DNA of 64,000 nucleotides from Bradymonadia bacterium (GCA_046290225.1 JBKAGE010000035.1:482783-546782); one strand, 5' to 3'. Shown: positions 1-9,740, counted from the stretch's first letter. Notes: generated from the letters alone by a model not told the origin. Numbers and translations are program-made.

Positions 1-303
1 GTGAGCTTGTGTGGCGAGATGGCCGGCGATCCGTTCTGCACGCCTGTGCTGTTGGGCCTCGGCCTCGACGAGATGTCGATGAACGCTGCGAGCATCCCCG
101 TGGTGAAGACGGTGATCCGCATGTTGTCTCTCAAGGACTGCCGGGCTCTCGTGGAGGAGATCAAGCAGATGGAGACCACGGTGGAGATCGAGACCCGTGT
201 CGCCGACTGGCTCGAGGAGCACCTCGATGATCGGATCCCCAAAGAGATCTTCGACCCGAAGAAGCACATGCTCACCATCACCCCTGCGCCGAAGCTGGGT
301 TGA
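1..303 (+). CDS. ptsI: PEP-protein phosphotransferase (PTS enzyme I family), C-terminal part, truncated by the window edge
   Basis: CGEMAGDP...LLGLGLDEMSM, the C-terminal signature of PEP-utilising enzyme I. Confidence 0.85.
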   Translation: MSLCGEMAGDPFCTPVLLGLGLDEMSMNAASIPVVKTVIRMLSLKDCRALVEEIKQMETTVEIETRVADWLEEHLDDRIPKEIFDPKKHMLTITPAPKLG

Positions 304-313
304 GAGATTGCCC

Positions 314-868
314 ATGTTGATGACGCGCGCGCTGCTCTTGATGTGTGTATGGCTGCTGATGTCTGGCTGTGGCCATGCCCAGACGAAGAGCACTGCGCCT
401 TCATGGCCCGAGCAAGCCGAGCTGGGCGTCACCCGGGCAGAGACCCTTCAAAACCTGCAGCCGAGCCAGGCAGAGCTCAACGCCGAGCTTCGTCTGGGCA
501 GGCCCTACGAGATCAGCCTGCGTTGGCCTGAGGCCAAAGGGGTGGTGCGCTATCGCGTCTTCAAGAACAAAGAAGAAGTGGCCACCCTCAAGGTGACAGC
601 AGAAGCACACCCTGGCTCATGGTCGAGCACAGTGCAGGGCGCTTTCACGTGGTCCGTCATTGCAGAAGATGGTCAGGGCAAGCGCTCCGCGGCTCTCGTT
701 GCCGAGACAGAGGCCTGGCCCAGCATCTTGAAGGCACTGAAAGCGGTGGATGAGCCCGGGCCACCTGTAGATACCATCACAGGCTCCGACTCGAACTTCG
801 ACGCCCTGGAGAAGGCCTTCGAGTCGGCGCCAGAGACCCCGTCATCTCAGCCACAGCCCACCCCTTGA
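314..868 (+). CDS. Putative lipoprotein with an FN3-like beta-sandwich domain
   Basis: ATG 314, hydrophobic leader ending LMSGC; central ~70 aa clearly paralogous to 1251..2183. Confidence 0.65.
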   Translation: MLMTRALLLMCVWLLMSGCGHAQTKSTAPSWPEQAELGVTRAETLQNLQPSQAELNAELRLGRPYEISLRWPEAKGVVRYRVFKNKEEVATLKVTAEAHPGSWSSTVQGAFTWSVIAEDGQGKRSAALVAETEAWPSILKALKAVDEPGPPVDTITGSDSNFDALEKAFESAPETPSSQPQPTP

Positions 869-946
869 AGCCCTGATGCACATCACCGTGAATCCTCGAT
901 CTCCGTCGAGGCATTGAATGCCATGTGCGCACGCCCTTCTAGGGGG

Positions 947-975
947 TTGATCACGGGGGTTGGCGTCCTTATACT
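947..975 (+). promoter_or_regulatory. sigma70-type promoter for the small zinc-ribbon gene
   Basis: TTGATC-N17-TATACT. Confidence 0.6.
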
Positions 976-1065
976 TCGCCGCCGGTTTTTCAATGACCGT
1001 ATATACAACCCCCTTCAGTGACCTCCCTTTGATTTCACTGCAGGCTTTTTCAAGGAGCAGAGACC

Positions 1066-1242
1066 ATGGGTAACCGTCCTGCAAAGCTCGCCATTCGTAC
1101 CGACCGTGACGCTGGTAAGAACCGGGAGTGCCCCTCCTGCGGCAACCCCAAGATGGCCGTGGTGAAGTTCGTGCGCCACAGCAAGCCCAGCGGCTTCTTC
1201 TGGCTCTGCGACAAGTGCGGCTACGAAGAGTCCACCCGCTGA
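1066..1242 (+). CDS. 58-aa basic zinc-ribbon protein (absent from the ORF track)
   Basis: AAGGAG at 1052-1057; translates MGNRPAKLAIRTDRDAGKNRECPSCGNPKMAVVKFVRHSKPSGFFWLCDKCGYEESTR, with CPSC and CDKC. Confidence 0.8.
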   Translation: MGNRPAKLAIRTDRDAGKNRECPSCGNPKMAVVKFVRHSKPSGFFWLCDKCGYEESTR

Positions 1243-1250
1243 GTTCTGCC

Positions 1251-2183
1251 ATGCATGCCATGCCTTCATGGCTGCTCATGGCATGCGCATGCCTGTCTAT
1301 GGCATGCGCGGCGTCGGCGCAGGGTCCCAGCCGTGATGCTGAGGCAGGGACACCTGTTGCCGTACAGATCCAACCTGATGTCGACGGGCCGCGATGGCCT
1401 GAAAAGACCCACCTCTCCCAGACAACGACCCAACTGCTCCGTGATGGTCGCCCTGTCGGCGAAGAGGCCATGAAGGCCCTTCGACTCGGAGATCCGTACG
1501 CAATCGATCTGCGATGGCCTCGGGCTCAGGGTGAGGTGGCGCTCTATCGCCTCTTCAAGAACACCGACGAGGTGGCCACCTTCAAGGTGAAGGGCGACGC
1601 TCACCCAGAGGCGTGGTCCGGCACGGTGCAGGGCCGCTTCATCTGGACGCTGGTGGCCGAGGACAGCCAAGGCCGACGTTCGTCGGGCATCACCACCGAG
1701 AGTGAGCCGATCCGCCCTCTGGCGCCGTCGGGTGGAGTCATCGCCCTGCGGAGCAAGGCGTCTACAGCCGACATGGCCGAGATCCTCGGTCGGATGAGCA
1801 ACGAGCAGGTCACCGAGCCTGGTGCCGGGCTGCGGGCGCCTGCGGGCGCCTTGGGTGTGAAGGGCAAGAGAGGCCCTGAAATCGTCTTTGCACCACCAGA
1901 GATCATGGGTGGGGCTGATAGTGCCATGGTTCAGCGTGTGACCAGGCCGTTCAAAGGGGCCCTGAAGTACTGTGTTCACAGGGCGAAGCTGCCAGCGGGC
2001 AAACATCGAGCAGATCTGAAGTGGATCGTGGCGCTCAACGGCTACATCATGGCCACCAAGCTGGAATCAGGCCCCAAGGCGTTGAGTCACTGCTTCGACA
2101 GGCAGAGCAAACGCATGCTCAAGTTCCCGCCCCCCAACGAGGTCTTCGTGATTCTTCAGCCGATGGAGATCACGGTCTACTGA
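1251..2183 (+). CDS. Exported protein with an FN3-like domain and an AgmX/PglI (TonB-C-like) C-terminal domain
   Basis: Signal-like N-terminus; LRLGDPYAIDLRWP domain shared with 314..868; C-terminal LKYC...W.V..NG...C...FPPP pattern. Confidence 0.6.
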   Translation: MHAMPSWLLMACACLSMACAASAQGPSRDAEAGTPVAVQIQPDVDGPRWPEKTHLSQTTTQLLRDGRPVGEEAMKALRLGDPYAIDLRWPRAQGEVALYRLFKNTDEVATFKVKGDAHPEAWSGTVQGRFIWTLVAEDSQGRRSSGITTESEPIRPLAPSGGVIALRSKASTADMAEILGRMSNEQVTEPGAGLRAPAGALGVKGKRGPEIVFAPPEIMGGADSAMVQRVTRPFKGALKYCVHRAKLPAGKHRADLKWIVALNGYIMATKLESGPKALSHCFDRQSKRMLKFPPPNEVFVILQPMEITVY

Positions 2184-2187
2184 GCGA

Positions 2188-3531
2188 TCAGGCCACGGCC
2201 TCGGGCACCTCGACGACCAGGTCGTAGTCGGTGGCTTGGGTGACCACACCCTTCACGAACATGCCGGGCTTCAGATCGATGGGAGCGCTCAGGTAGGTTG
2301 TACCGTCGATCTCCGGAGCTTGCTGGGCCGTGCGGCCCACCCACAGCAGATCCGACTCTTCGCTCGGCCCTTCTACGAGCACCTCCACCTCACGGCCCAC
2401 CATCTCGGCGTTGATCTCCCGGGCGATGTCGCGCTGCACGTACATCAGCTCGTCGAGGCGGGCCTCTTTGATCTCGTCGGGCACCTGGTCGGGCAAATCG
2501 TGCGACGGCGTGCCCTCTTCACGGCTGTAGGCGAAGGCTCCGAGACGGTCGAAGCGGGCCTCTTTGATGAAGTCGAGCAGCTGGCGGAAGTCGGCGTCGG
2601 TCTCTCCGGGATAGCCCACGAGCATGGTGGTGCGGAGCACGAGGCCCGGCACCCGCTCGCGGAGCTCCATCACCCGGCGGCGGATCATGTCGCCGTTGGT
2701 GCCCCGGCGCATGCCCTTGAGCACCGAGTCGCTGATGTGCTGCAGGGGCATGTCGAGGTAGGGCACCACCTTCTTCGAGCGGGCCATGAGATCGACGAGG
2801 CCCTTGGGGAAGCTGCGGGGGTAGGCGTAGTAGAGCCTGATCCAGCGAATGCCGCCCACGGCCTCGAGGGCCTCGAGTAGGGCGGTGAGGTTGGTGCGGG
2901 GCTTCAGATCGTAGCCGTAGGCGGTGAGATCTTGAGCGATGAGGTTGAGCTCTTTGACCCCCGCCGCGGAGAGGCGAATGGCCTCTTGCACGATGGACTC
3001 GATGCTGCGGCTGCGCTGCGGACCCCGCAGGGTGGGGATGATGCAGAAGGCGCACTTGTTGGAGCAGCCCTCGGCCACCTTGAGGTAGGTGGTGTAGCCC
3101 GGCATGGAGTTCTGCCGAGGCGCCTCCCAGTCGAAGTCGAGGCGATCGGGGCTGCCCACGAGGATGCGATCTTCCGCCTGGCGCCCGAGGGCCTCGTTCA
3201 CCCGGCCGAGATCGTTGGTGCCCACGAAGTAGTCCACCTCGGGCATCTCTCGGGCGAGATCTTCCGGGTAGCGCTGGGCGAGGCAGCCGGTGACGAGCAG
3301 CTGCTCCACCTTGCCTTGCTGCTTGAGCTCGACCATCTCCAAGATCGCGTCGATGCTCTCGACCTTGGCCGACTCCACGAAGGCGCAGGTGTTGACCACC
3401 ACCACGTCGGCGTCGTCGGCGTTCGGTGTCAGGGTGTATGCGTCCCCTGGCAGCTTCGCGAGCATGGTCTCGGCGTCGACGCGGTTCTTCGGGCAGCCCA
3501 AAGACAGAATATGAACACGCTTGGCGGTCAT
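2188..3531 (-). CDS. rimO: Ribosomal protein S12 methylthiotransferase
   Basis: SLGCPKN, VNTCAF, radical-SAM CSNKCAFC, C-terminal TRAM with APEIDG. Confidence 0.95.
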   Translation of the reverse strand: MTAKRVHILSLGCPKNRVDAETMLAKLPGDAYTLTPNADDADVVVVNTCAFVESAKVESIDAILEMVELKQQGKVEQLLVTGCLAQRYPEDLAREMPEVDYFVGTNDLGRVNEALGRQAEDRILVGSPDRLDFDWEAPRQNSMPGYTTYLKVAEGCSNKCAFCIIPTLRGPQRSRSIESIVQEAIRLSAAGVKELNLIAQDLTAYGYDLKPRTNLTALLEALEAVGGIRWIRLYYAYPRSFPKGLVDLMARSKKVVPYLDMPLQHISDSVLKGMRRGTNGDMIRRRVMELRERVPGLVLRTTMLVGYPGETDADFRQLLDFIKEARFDRLGAFAYSREEGTPSHDLPDQVPDEIKEARLDELMYVQRDIAREINAEMVGREVEVLVEGPSEESDLLWVGRTAQQAPEIDGTTYLSAPIDLKPGMFVKGVVTQATDYDLVVEVPEAVA

Positions 3532-3691
3532 GGCTCACCTCACAGGGGGTGGATTGGCCGGATGAAAAGCGCGGCACCTTATCAGATGCGATGGGCACAA
3601 GTCATGGGGCTTGAACTTCGACGCTGGGCAGGGTCAAGTAATCCCCGGGCAGGGAGTGCCCTGAAAATCACAATGACTGTGGAGGTTGGCG

Positions 3692-4120
3692 ATGAGCGAG
3701 AGCAACGAGAATCAAGCGTTCATGCAAGGGCTGATGACTGCGTTCAACAATCACGACAAGGCACAGCTCGGCAGGTTCTATACCGATGATTGTGTCTTCA
3801 TCGATCCGCTCAATGGCATGGATGGCACCGGTCCCAAAGGCCCGATGTTCGTCTCTGAGATGCTCGACACCTACTACAAGGGCTCTTCTGACCTGAGGCA
3901 CGAGCTGGTCGACGTCTTCGTGGCCGGGGATCGCATCGGGGCCCACTTCAAGGGGATGGGCACCCACAATGGCGACATGTTGGGGGTGGCCGCTACGGGC
4001 AAGCGCTTCGAGGTGGACATCTACGCCCTGGTGAAGCTGCGTGATGGTCGCATCTGTGAGGTGAAGCAGATGGCCGATGTGCCCGGTATGTGGAAGCAGC
4101 TTGGGGCCTCACCGGGTTGA
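3692..4120 (+). CDS. SnoaL-like / ester cyclase (NTF2 fold) protein
   Basis: GTHNGDMLGVAATGKRF motif; GGAGG upstream. Confidence 0.85.
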   Translation: MSESNENQAFMQGLMTAFNNHDKAQLGRFYTDDCVFIDPLNGMDGTGPKGPMFVSEMLDTYYKGSSDLRHELVDVFVAGDRIGAHFKGMGTHNGDMLGVAATGKRFEVDIYALVKLRDGRICEVKQMADVPGMWKQLGASPG

Positions 4121-4825
4121 TCAGCGCCCCTCGCCCTCGATGACCTTCACGCCGTTGGGCACCTTGAAGGTAAAGCCCGCGTCGGGCAGCCCCACGTTGG
4201 TCTTGAGATCTTGGAACACCACCCGGTTGATGTTGCCCACAGGGTCGATCACCGTGCTCTCCCGGACTTGATAGGTCTTCGGGTCTACGGAGAGGGTGAG
4301 CGACTTGTAGTGACCCTGATCCCGCTTGGGGGTCAGCTTCACGAGGTGGTCCTTGGCCGGATCTTTCGGCGTGAGCAATTCAGCGTTGAACTCGGTGGTC
4401 AGATCACCTTCGCCACTCATGAAGGTCAGCGCCACGGGCAGCTGGGCCCGGGAGAGATCGCGCTTGAAGACCTGGGCCTCCTCGGGCTCATACACCCACA
4501 GCGTGTTGCCGTCGGCCATGAAGACCTTGGGGATCGGCTTGCGGTAGTCCCATCGCATGCGCCGGGGCTTCTTGAAGAAGACCGTGCCTGAGGACTTCTG
4601 GGTGCGTTTGTGCACTTTGTAGGTGTAGTGCTGGGTGAAGCCCGCCTTGAGATCCTTCGAGTCTTTGTAGAACGACTGGATGCCCTGGAGCACTGACTCT
4701 GCCGTGGGGGTAGAGGGCGCCGCTGGGGCTTCTGGTGCTGCGGGTGTCTCGGGGCTCTGCCCCTGGGCAGTGAAGGCCAGGAGGCCGATGAGCAGGGGGG
4801 TCGCGGTGAGCAGGGTGCGCTGCAT
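4121..4825 (-). CDS. lolA: Outer-membrane lipoprotein chaperone LolA
   Basis: Signal peptide; FTQ...SGTVFFKKPRRMRWDY...ADGNTLWVYEP; C-terminal FTFKVP.GV.VI. Confidence 0.9.
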   Translation of the reverse strand: MQRTLLTATPLLIGLLAFTAQGQSPETPAAPEAPAAPSTPTAESVLQGIQSFYKDSKDLKAGFTQHYTYKVHKRTQKSSGTVFFKKPRRMRWDYRKPIPKVFMADGNTLWVYEPEEAQVFKRDLSRAQLPVALTFMSGEGDLTTEFNAELLTPKDPAKDHLVKLTPKRDQGHYKSLTLSVDPKTYQVRESTVIDPVGNINRVVFQDLKTNVGLPDAGFTFKVPNGVKVIEGEGR

Positions 4826-5029
4826 GTTGGCCTCGATGTGTCGGTGTTGTGGTTCGATTAGCCCCTCAAGTCAGGGGCGTCAACCGCCGCAGACGGCTCG
4901 ATCATGCCCTCACTTCAACTCTGGTGGTGGGTAGATGCACCGTGACCCATACGCATCACGTCGAGGTGAGGCATCGAAGTCACACAAGAAGGTGCCATTA
5001 CACATGCGCCACTGCTAAAGTCCCACACC

Positions 5030-6421
5030 ATGACTGAAGACCATCGACATCGCACAGTTGAAGTCAACATCGGCAACGCCACTGAGTTGATCCACGTCGA
5101 CAAGTGCAAGCTGGTGGTGGTGGAGGGCGAATCCGACGATCAGGGCCAGGAGCTCATCGTCGACAAACCGATCGTGCGCATCGGCAGCAACGCCAAGAAC
5201 GATCTGGTGCTCCACGACAACACCGTCAGCCGGCACCACTGCGAAATCAGGCTCATCGGTGACGAGTATCTGCTCGTCGATCACACGTCGACGAACGGCA
5301 CCTACGTGGGCGAGCTGCGCGTGCGCGAGGCGTTCTTGTACCCCAACTGCGAGGTGCTCATCGGGAACACCCTGGTGCGCTTCATGCCTCTCGTTGAGGA
5401 GATCCCCATCTACCCGATCGATCGCAGCCGCTACGGCGTGATCATCGGCGCCGCCTCACGCATGCGGGAGATCTACGGCATCATCGACAAGGTGGCCCCG
5501 AGCGAGCTGTCGGTGGTGGTGGAAGGCGAGACGGGCACGGGCAAAGAGCTCGTGGCCCGGGCGATCCACGAGCGCTCTCGCCGCGCCCGAGGTCCGCTGG
5601 TCATCTTCGACTGCTCGGCGTTCCCGGAGAACCTGCTCGAGAGCGAGCTCTTCGGTCACGAGAAGGGCGCCTTCTCGGGGGCGATCCGCACCCACAAAGG
5701 GGTCTTCGAGCGGGCGGATGGGGGCACGGTGTTCCTCGACGAGCTTGGGGAGATGTCGGTGAACCTGCAGCCGAAGCTGCTGCGGGCCCTCGAGAACGGT
5801 GAGATCAGGCGGGTGGGCGGCGAGCGCACCATCCGGGTCGACGTGCGGGTGGTGGCGGCGACGAACCGCAACCTGCAGCAGATGATCGAAGACGGGAAGT
5901 TCCGGCAAGATCTCTTCTACCGCCTGGCCAAGGTGCGCTTCACGCTGCCCCCTCTCAAAGAGCGGATCGAAGATCTGCCCCTGCTCATCGATCACTTCCT
6001 CACCCAGCTGCGTCAGGGGAACGACGCCATCAGACCCCGTGGTTTCGACGACGAGGCCCTCGAGGTGGTCTCTCGCTACGACTGGCCCGGGAACGTGCGA
6101 GAGCTGAAGAACGTCGTGGAGCGCTCGGCCACCTTCTGCGAGCACGACCTGGTGGGGGTGGACGACCTGCCCATGGAGCTGCAGGCCCGCTTGGGTCATC
6201 GCAAGCAGCACACGCCGCACGCGATCCCCATCGCCCGCGACATGAGCCTGAAAGAGGCGAAGGAGCAGATGGTCTCGCAGTTCGAGCGAGAGTTCCTGGT
6301 GGGCTTGCTCGAGAGGCACCGTATGAACATCAGCCGGGTGGCCCGGGAGGCGGGCATCGACCGCCGCCACGTCTACCGCCTCATGAAGAAGTACGACATC
6401 CAGCTGCCTCGGGAGGACTAG
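5030..6421 (+). CDS. FHA-domain sigma54-dependent enhancer-binding protein
   Basis: FHA (IG...VSRHH...STNGT), Walker A GETGTGKE, ESELFGHEKGAFSGA, WPGNVREL, Fis-type HTH. Confidence 0.93.
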   Translation: MTEDHRHRTVEVNIGNATELIHVDKCKLVVVEGESDDQGQELIVDKPIVRIGSNAKNDLVLHDNTVSRHHCEIRLIGDEYLLVDHTSTNGTYVGELRVREAFLYPNCEVLIGNTLVRFMPLVEEIPIYPIDRSRYGVIIGAASRMREIYGIIDKVAPSELSVVVEGETGTGKELVARAIHERSRRARGPLVIFDCSAFPENLLESELFGHEKGAFSGAIRTHKGVFERADGGTVFLDELGEMSVNLQPKLLRALENGEIRRVGGERTIRVDVRVVAATNRNLQQMIEDGKFRQDLFYRLAKVRFTLPPLKERIEDLPLLIDHFLTQLRQGNDAIRPRGFDDEALEVVSRYDWPGNVRELKNVVERSATFCEHDLVGVDDLPMELQARLGHRKQHTPHAIPIARDMSLKEAKEQMVSQFEREFLVGLLERHRMNISRVAREAGIDRRHVYRLMKKYDIQLPRED

Positions 6422-6430
6422 CCTGTGCCG

Positions 6431-7174
6431 ATGGTGCGCCACACGGGGTGGGTGCTGTTGATGCTGTGTGTCGGGGGCTGGGCCTTTGCTCAAGAGGCCC
6501 CCTCGAGTCAGCCTGTCACCCCCTCCGAAGATGCTCCCACAGACGACGCCCCAGCTGAGGCTGTGCCGTCTGAAGATCCGCCCCATTTGCCGGCGATGAC
6601 AGAGCCAGATCCGGTGGACGAGTCTACGGGTGATGACTTGCCCGGGGTGGTGGACGAGCCTGAAGATCCTGCCCTGGCCAACCTGCCCCTGCCGAGGGCC
6701 CTGGGCATCGGCCTCACGGCCGTCCGCGAGCACGGCTACGGTGGCCTGGTGCGCTGGCGTGATGGCGCCTGGGCGGTGGAGGGGGCTGTGGCCCTGGCGC
6801 TCTACAGCCTCGACTCCGGTGAGGGCGATCCGTGTGACGAGACGGTGATCAACGCGCCCCTCCGCGTCACTGGAGCGGGCCTCTGGTATCTCACCGAGGC
6901 GGGCCGCAACAGCCAGCACGCCCTCAAGCTCGGCGGGCTCTACGATGTAGAGTTCGGCGGTGGGGTACTCGGCGGATATCACGCGGAGTTCAGCCTCAGC
7001 CGCACGGTGGCTTTCACCTTCGGCATCGGCCTGCAGTGGATGCCCGACGCCCAGGATCAAGCCCGACAGGTGCTCCGCAAGACCTGCCGCGGGCAGGCCT
7101 TTGCTGATCCTGACACCTTCGACGTCGAGATTCGGCCGTATGTGGGGCTGGGGTTGACGCTGTTCGTGTTCTGA
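6431..7174 (+). CDS. Exported, probably outer-membrane beta-barrel hypothetical protein
   Basis: Signal peptide, acidic Pro-rich linker, amphipathic strands, terminal Phe. Confidence 0.55.
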   Translation: MVRHTGWVLLMLCVGGWAFAQEAPSSQPVTPSEDAPTDDAPAEAVPSEDPPHLPAMTEPDPVDESTGDDLPGVVDEPEDPALANLPLPRALGIGLTAVREHGYGGLVRWRDGAWAVEGAVALALYSLDSGEGDPCDETVINAPLRVTGAGLWYLTEAGRNSQHALKLGGLYDVEFGGGVLGGYHAEFSLSRTVAFTFGIGLQWMPDAQDQARQVLRKTCRGQAFADPDTFDVEIRPYVGLGLTLFVF

Positions 7175-7175
7175 C

Positions 7176-7377
7176 GAGCGGACGACCGTGCCTTCGGCAC
7201 CGTCTGTAGCGGACGACCCAGCAAAAGCTTTCGCTTCGCTGCGTCTGTAGCGGACGCCTCGCCTTCGGCGTCCGCTACAGCTTTGCAAGGCGAAGCCGCA
7301 GCAGGCGTCCGCTACAGGCTGTCGCCGCCAGGCGATGACCGTCCGCTACAGGCGGCCCGCAGGGCGGCCGTCCGCTC
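7176..7377. repeat. Structured two-armed repeat, family A, copy 1 (GTAG-REP/REPIN-like)
   Basis: Left arm has CTGTAGCGGACG units and right arm CGTCCGCTACAG units, separated by hairpins; ends GAGCGGAC/GTCCGCTC; inverted copy at 25031..25423. Confidence 0.85.
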
Positions 7378-9712
7378 ACTCCATCGATACATCCAACAAG
7401 AACGCTCCACCCAGATCCCCTTCGTGGTCGACGACGAGGTAGTAGTCCCCAGGCTGCACCTGCACCTCGAGGCGCTCCGCCGAGCCCGCAGGCTGCGCCC
7501 CAGCACCACCCACACAGGTCCCGTCGACATCGGCACAGTCGGTAACGAGGTAGACAACGGGCTTGATGCTCCGTCGAGGATCAAGAGGCTGGCCCGGGGT
7601 CACCACGGCCTGCAGCAGGCCCGCCTCGGCCACAGTGAGCCTGAAGACCTGATCGACGCCCACGGTGAGTCGGCCCGGAGGGCAGGCGCTGCCGGAGACG
7701 TCGTTGGTGCGGGGGCGCTCGGTGGTGCCCACAAAGCGGCCAGGGATCGAGAGAGGGATCGCCTGTGCGCAAGACTCGCCGGAGATGAAAGGCGTCACAC
7801 CTACGGCGAAGGGGCCGCCGGTGTCGCCGAGGCTGTCGACGACGGTGTACCACCCGCCAGCTCGGGGCACGTTGACGATGCGGGCCTCGGGGCGGCCTGC
7901 GGCGCCCGTGTCACGGCCTGCGAGGCATTGCTCGAGGGCTTCGCACTGCTCGGCCACCCAGAACTGGGCGTCGAAAGCATCGCTGAGGGGGGCGACGCCC
8001 ACGACATAGCTGCCCGGGGCGTCGATCTCGAAGCGGAAGATCTGGTCAGGGCCCGGTGAGCCACCGAGGCATGTGCTCTGGGTGTAGTCGTTGGCCAGGG
8101 CGGTGGAGTCGCCGGAGACCGCGGTGCTCAGGGCCACTGTGGGGGCGTTCAGGCAGGTCTCTCCGCCACAGGCGCCGCCTTCGTCGAGCTGGGCGTCGCA
8201 GTCGTTGTCGAGGCCGTCGCAGATCTCCACGGTGCCTTCGTCATTGCTGCCTCCAGCGTCGGTGCTACAGCGAGATCCACCGGCGCCGTTGCATTCGCGC
8301 AGGCCGGGGCCGCAGGCGCCGACACCATCGCACGGGGTGCCGATGCCGAAGCCTTCATCGGTGTTGCCATCGCAGTCTTCGTCGATGCCGGAGCATTGCT
8401 CAATCTCGCTGCGATCTGCAGACCCACTTGGCCCTGAGCTGCAGATCACATCTTCGGCGGGGCCGCACTCCAGCACGCCGGCGCCGCAGAGGCCCGGGCG
8501 ATTGCATGCAGCGCCGAGATCGAGGCCCTCGTCGGCGCTGCCGTCGCAGTCATCATCGGCGCCATTGCAGCGCTCCACACCGGCCTCGGAGGCGCTGCCG
8601 CCGGGATCCGTACTGCATCGCAGCGCGCCGGCTTCGGTGCACTCGGTGACGCCGGCACCGCACTGACCTGCGCCCTCACAGGCCTCACCGACACCGAAGC
8701 CCTCGTCTGTGGTGCCGTCACAGTCGTCATCGAGGCCGTTGCACTGTTCTTCTGCCGCCTCGCTCTCCGAGCCCTCAGCGTCGGTGGTGCACCGGGTGTT
8801 GCCGGCGCCGTCGCACTCCAAGACGCCGAGGCCACAGGCGCCCACGCCGTCACATTGGGCCCCGACACCGAGGAACTCGTCAGCAGTGCCGTCACAGTCG
8901 TTGTCTTCGCCATCGCAGACTTCGGGCTGCACCTCACCGTCCGGGCCGCCAGGCTCGGTGCTACACTGCATCCCGCCACCAGGACCACAGACCGTGACGC
9001 CCTGGCCGCAGGCCCCTACACAGGGGATGTTGAGGGCAAAGCCCTCGTCGGTGAGGCCGTCGCAGTCTTCGTCCACGCCTGTACAGCGCTCCGCCCCTGC
9101 CTCTGGCGCGCTGCCCCCAGGCTCGGTGCTGCACACCGTGAGAAAGCCCCCCCGGCACTCGATCACGCCTGGGCCGCAGGTGCCGAGACCCTCACAGGGC
9201 TCGCCGACGTCGAAGCCGTCGTCGATGACGCCGTTGCAGTCGTCGTCGGCGCCGTTGCACGACTCCGGCTCTGGTGCGATCTCGCCCTCGCAGGGGCCCC
9301 ACATGCCGTCGTTGTCGCAAATTTGTCGCCCGGCTCTGCATCGGCCCATGTTGCGGCCGCAGTCCTGTACCGAGCCCGGCTCACAGCGGGTGTCCGCATC
9401 GGGCAGGTCGAGATCTGGCAGCTCGGCGTCGGGTAGATCTTGATCCATGGCCATGTCGAGGCCTGCATCGAACACCTCGGCGTCGGCGATCTCAGCGTCT
9501 GCGAGCTCGGCGTCGCTGGCAGGCCGGGCGTCGGGGGTGGCGATGACTCGAGCGTCCGCGGGCTCGGCGTCAGGAGGCTCGGAGACACACTGCTCATCGA
9601 CGCAAATCGTGCCCCGCGGACACGCGCAGGGATCAGCAGGGGTACCCTCTTCTGTAGAGCCCGCGCAGCCGAAGCTCGCGAGGCAGAGCGCCGAGACGAG
9701 GGCTTTGATCAC
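7376..9712 (-). CDS. Cys-rich lipoprotein with seven putative metal-binding (MopE-related) repeats and two C-terminal beta-sandwich domains
   Basis: Lipobox-like SFGC; seven ExCxGxDxDCxxxxDE/D repeats about 57 aa apart. Confidence 0.8.
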   Translation of the reverse strand: MIKALVSALCLASFGCAGSTEEGTPADPCACPRGTICVDEQCVSEPPDAEPADARVIATPDARPASDAELADAEIADAEVFDAGLDMAMDQDLPDAELPDLDLPDADTRCEPGSVQDCGRNMGRCRAGRQICDNDGMWGPCEGEIAPEPESCNGADDDCNGVIDDGFDVGEPCEGLGTCGPGVIECRGGFLTVCSTEPGGSAPEAGAERCTGVDEDCDGLTDEGFALNIPCVGACGQGVTVCGPGGGMQCSTEPGGPDGEVQPEVCDGEDNDCDGTADEFLGVGAQCDGVGACGLGVLECDGAGNTRCTTDAEGSESEAAEEQCNGLDDDCDGTTDEGFGVGEACEGAGQCGAGVTECTEAGALRCSTDPGGSASEAGVERCNGADDDCDGSADEGLDLGAACNRPGLCGAGVLECGPAEDVICSSGPSGSADRSEIEQCSGIDEDCDGNTDEGFGIGTPCDGVGACGPGLRECNGAGGSRCSTDAGGSNDEGTVEICDGLDNDCDAQLDEGGACGGETCLNAPTVALSTAVSGDSTALANDYTQSTCLGGSPGPDQIFRFEIDAPGSYVVGVAPLSDAFDAQFWVAEQCEALEQCLAGRDTGAAGRPEARIVNVPRAGGWYTVVDSLGDTGGPFAVGVTPFISGESCAQAIPLSIPGRFVGTTERPRTNDVSGSACPPGRLTVGVDQVFRLTVAEAGLLQAVVTPGQPLDPRRSIKPVVYLVTDCADVDGTCVGGAGAQPAGSAERLEVQVQPGDYYLVVDHEGDLGGAFLLDVSME

Positions 9713-9740
9713 GATGACGCTCCTGGTGTCGATGAACGTG

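Noticed and set aside
5456..7288. Long antisense or alternate-frame ORFs (also 21630..23075, 41571..43187, 26568..27833)
   Set aside because: Shadow ORFs opposite well-supported genes in GC-rich DNA, with no recognisable motifs.
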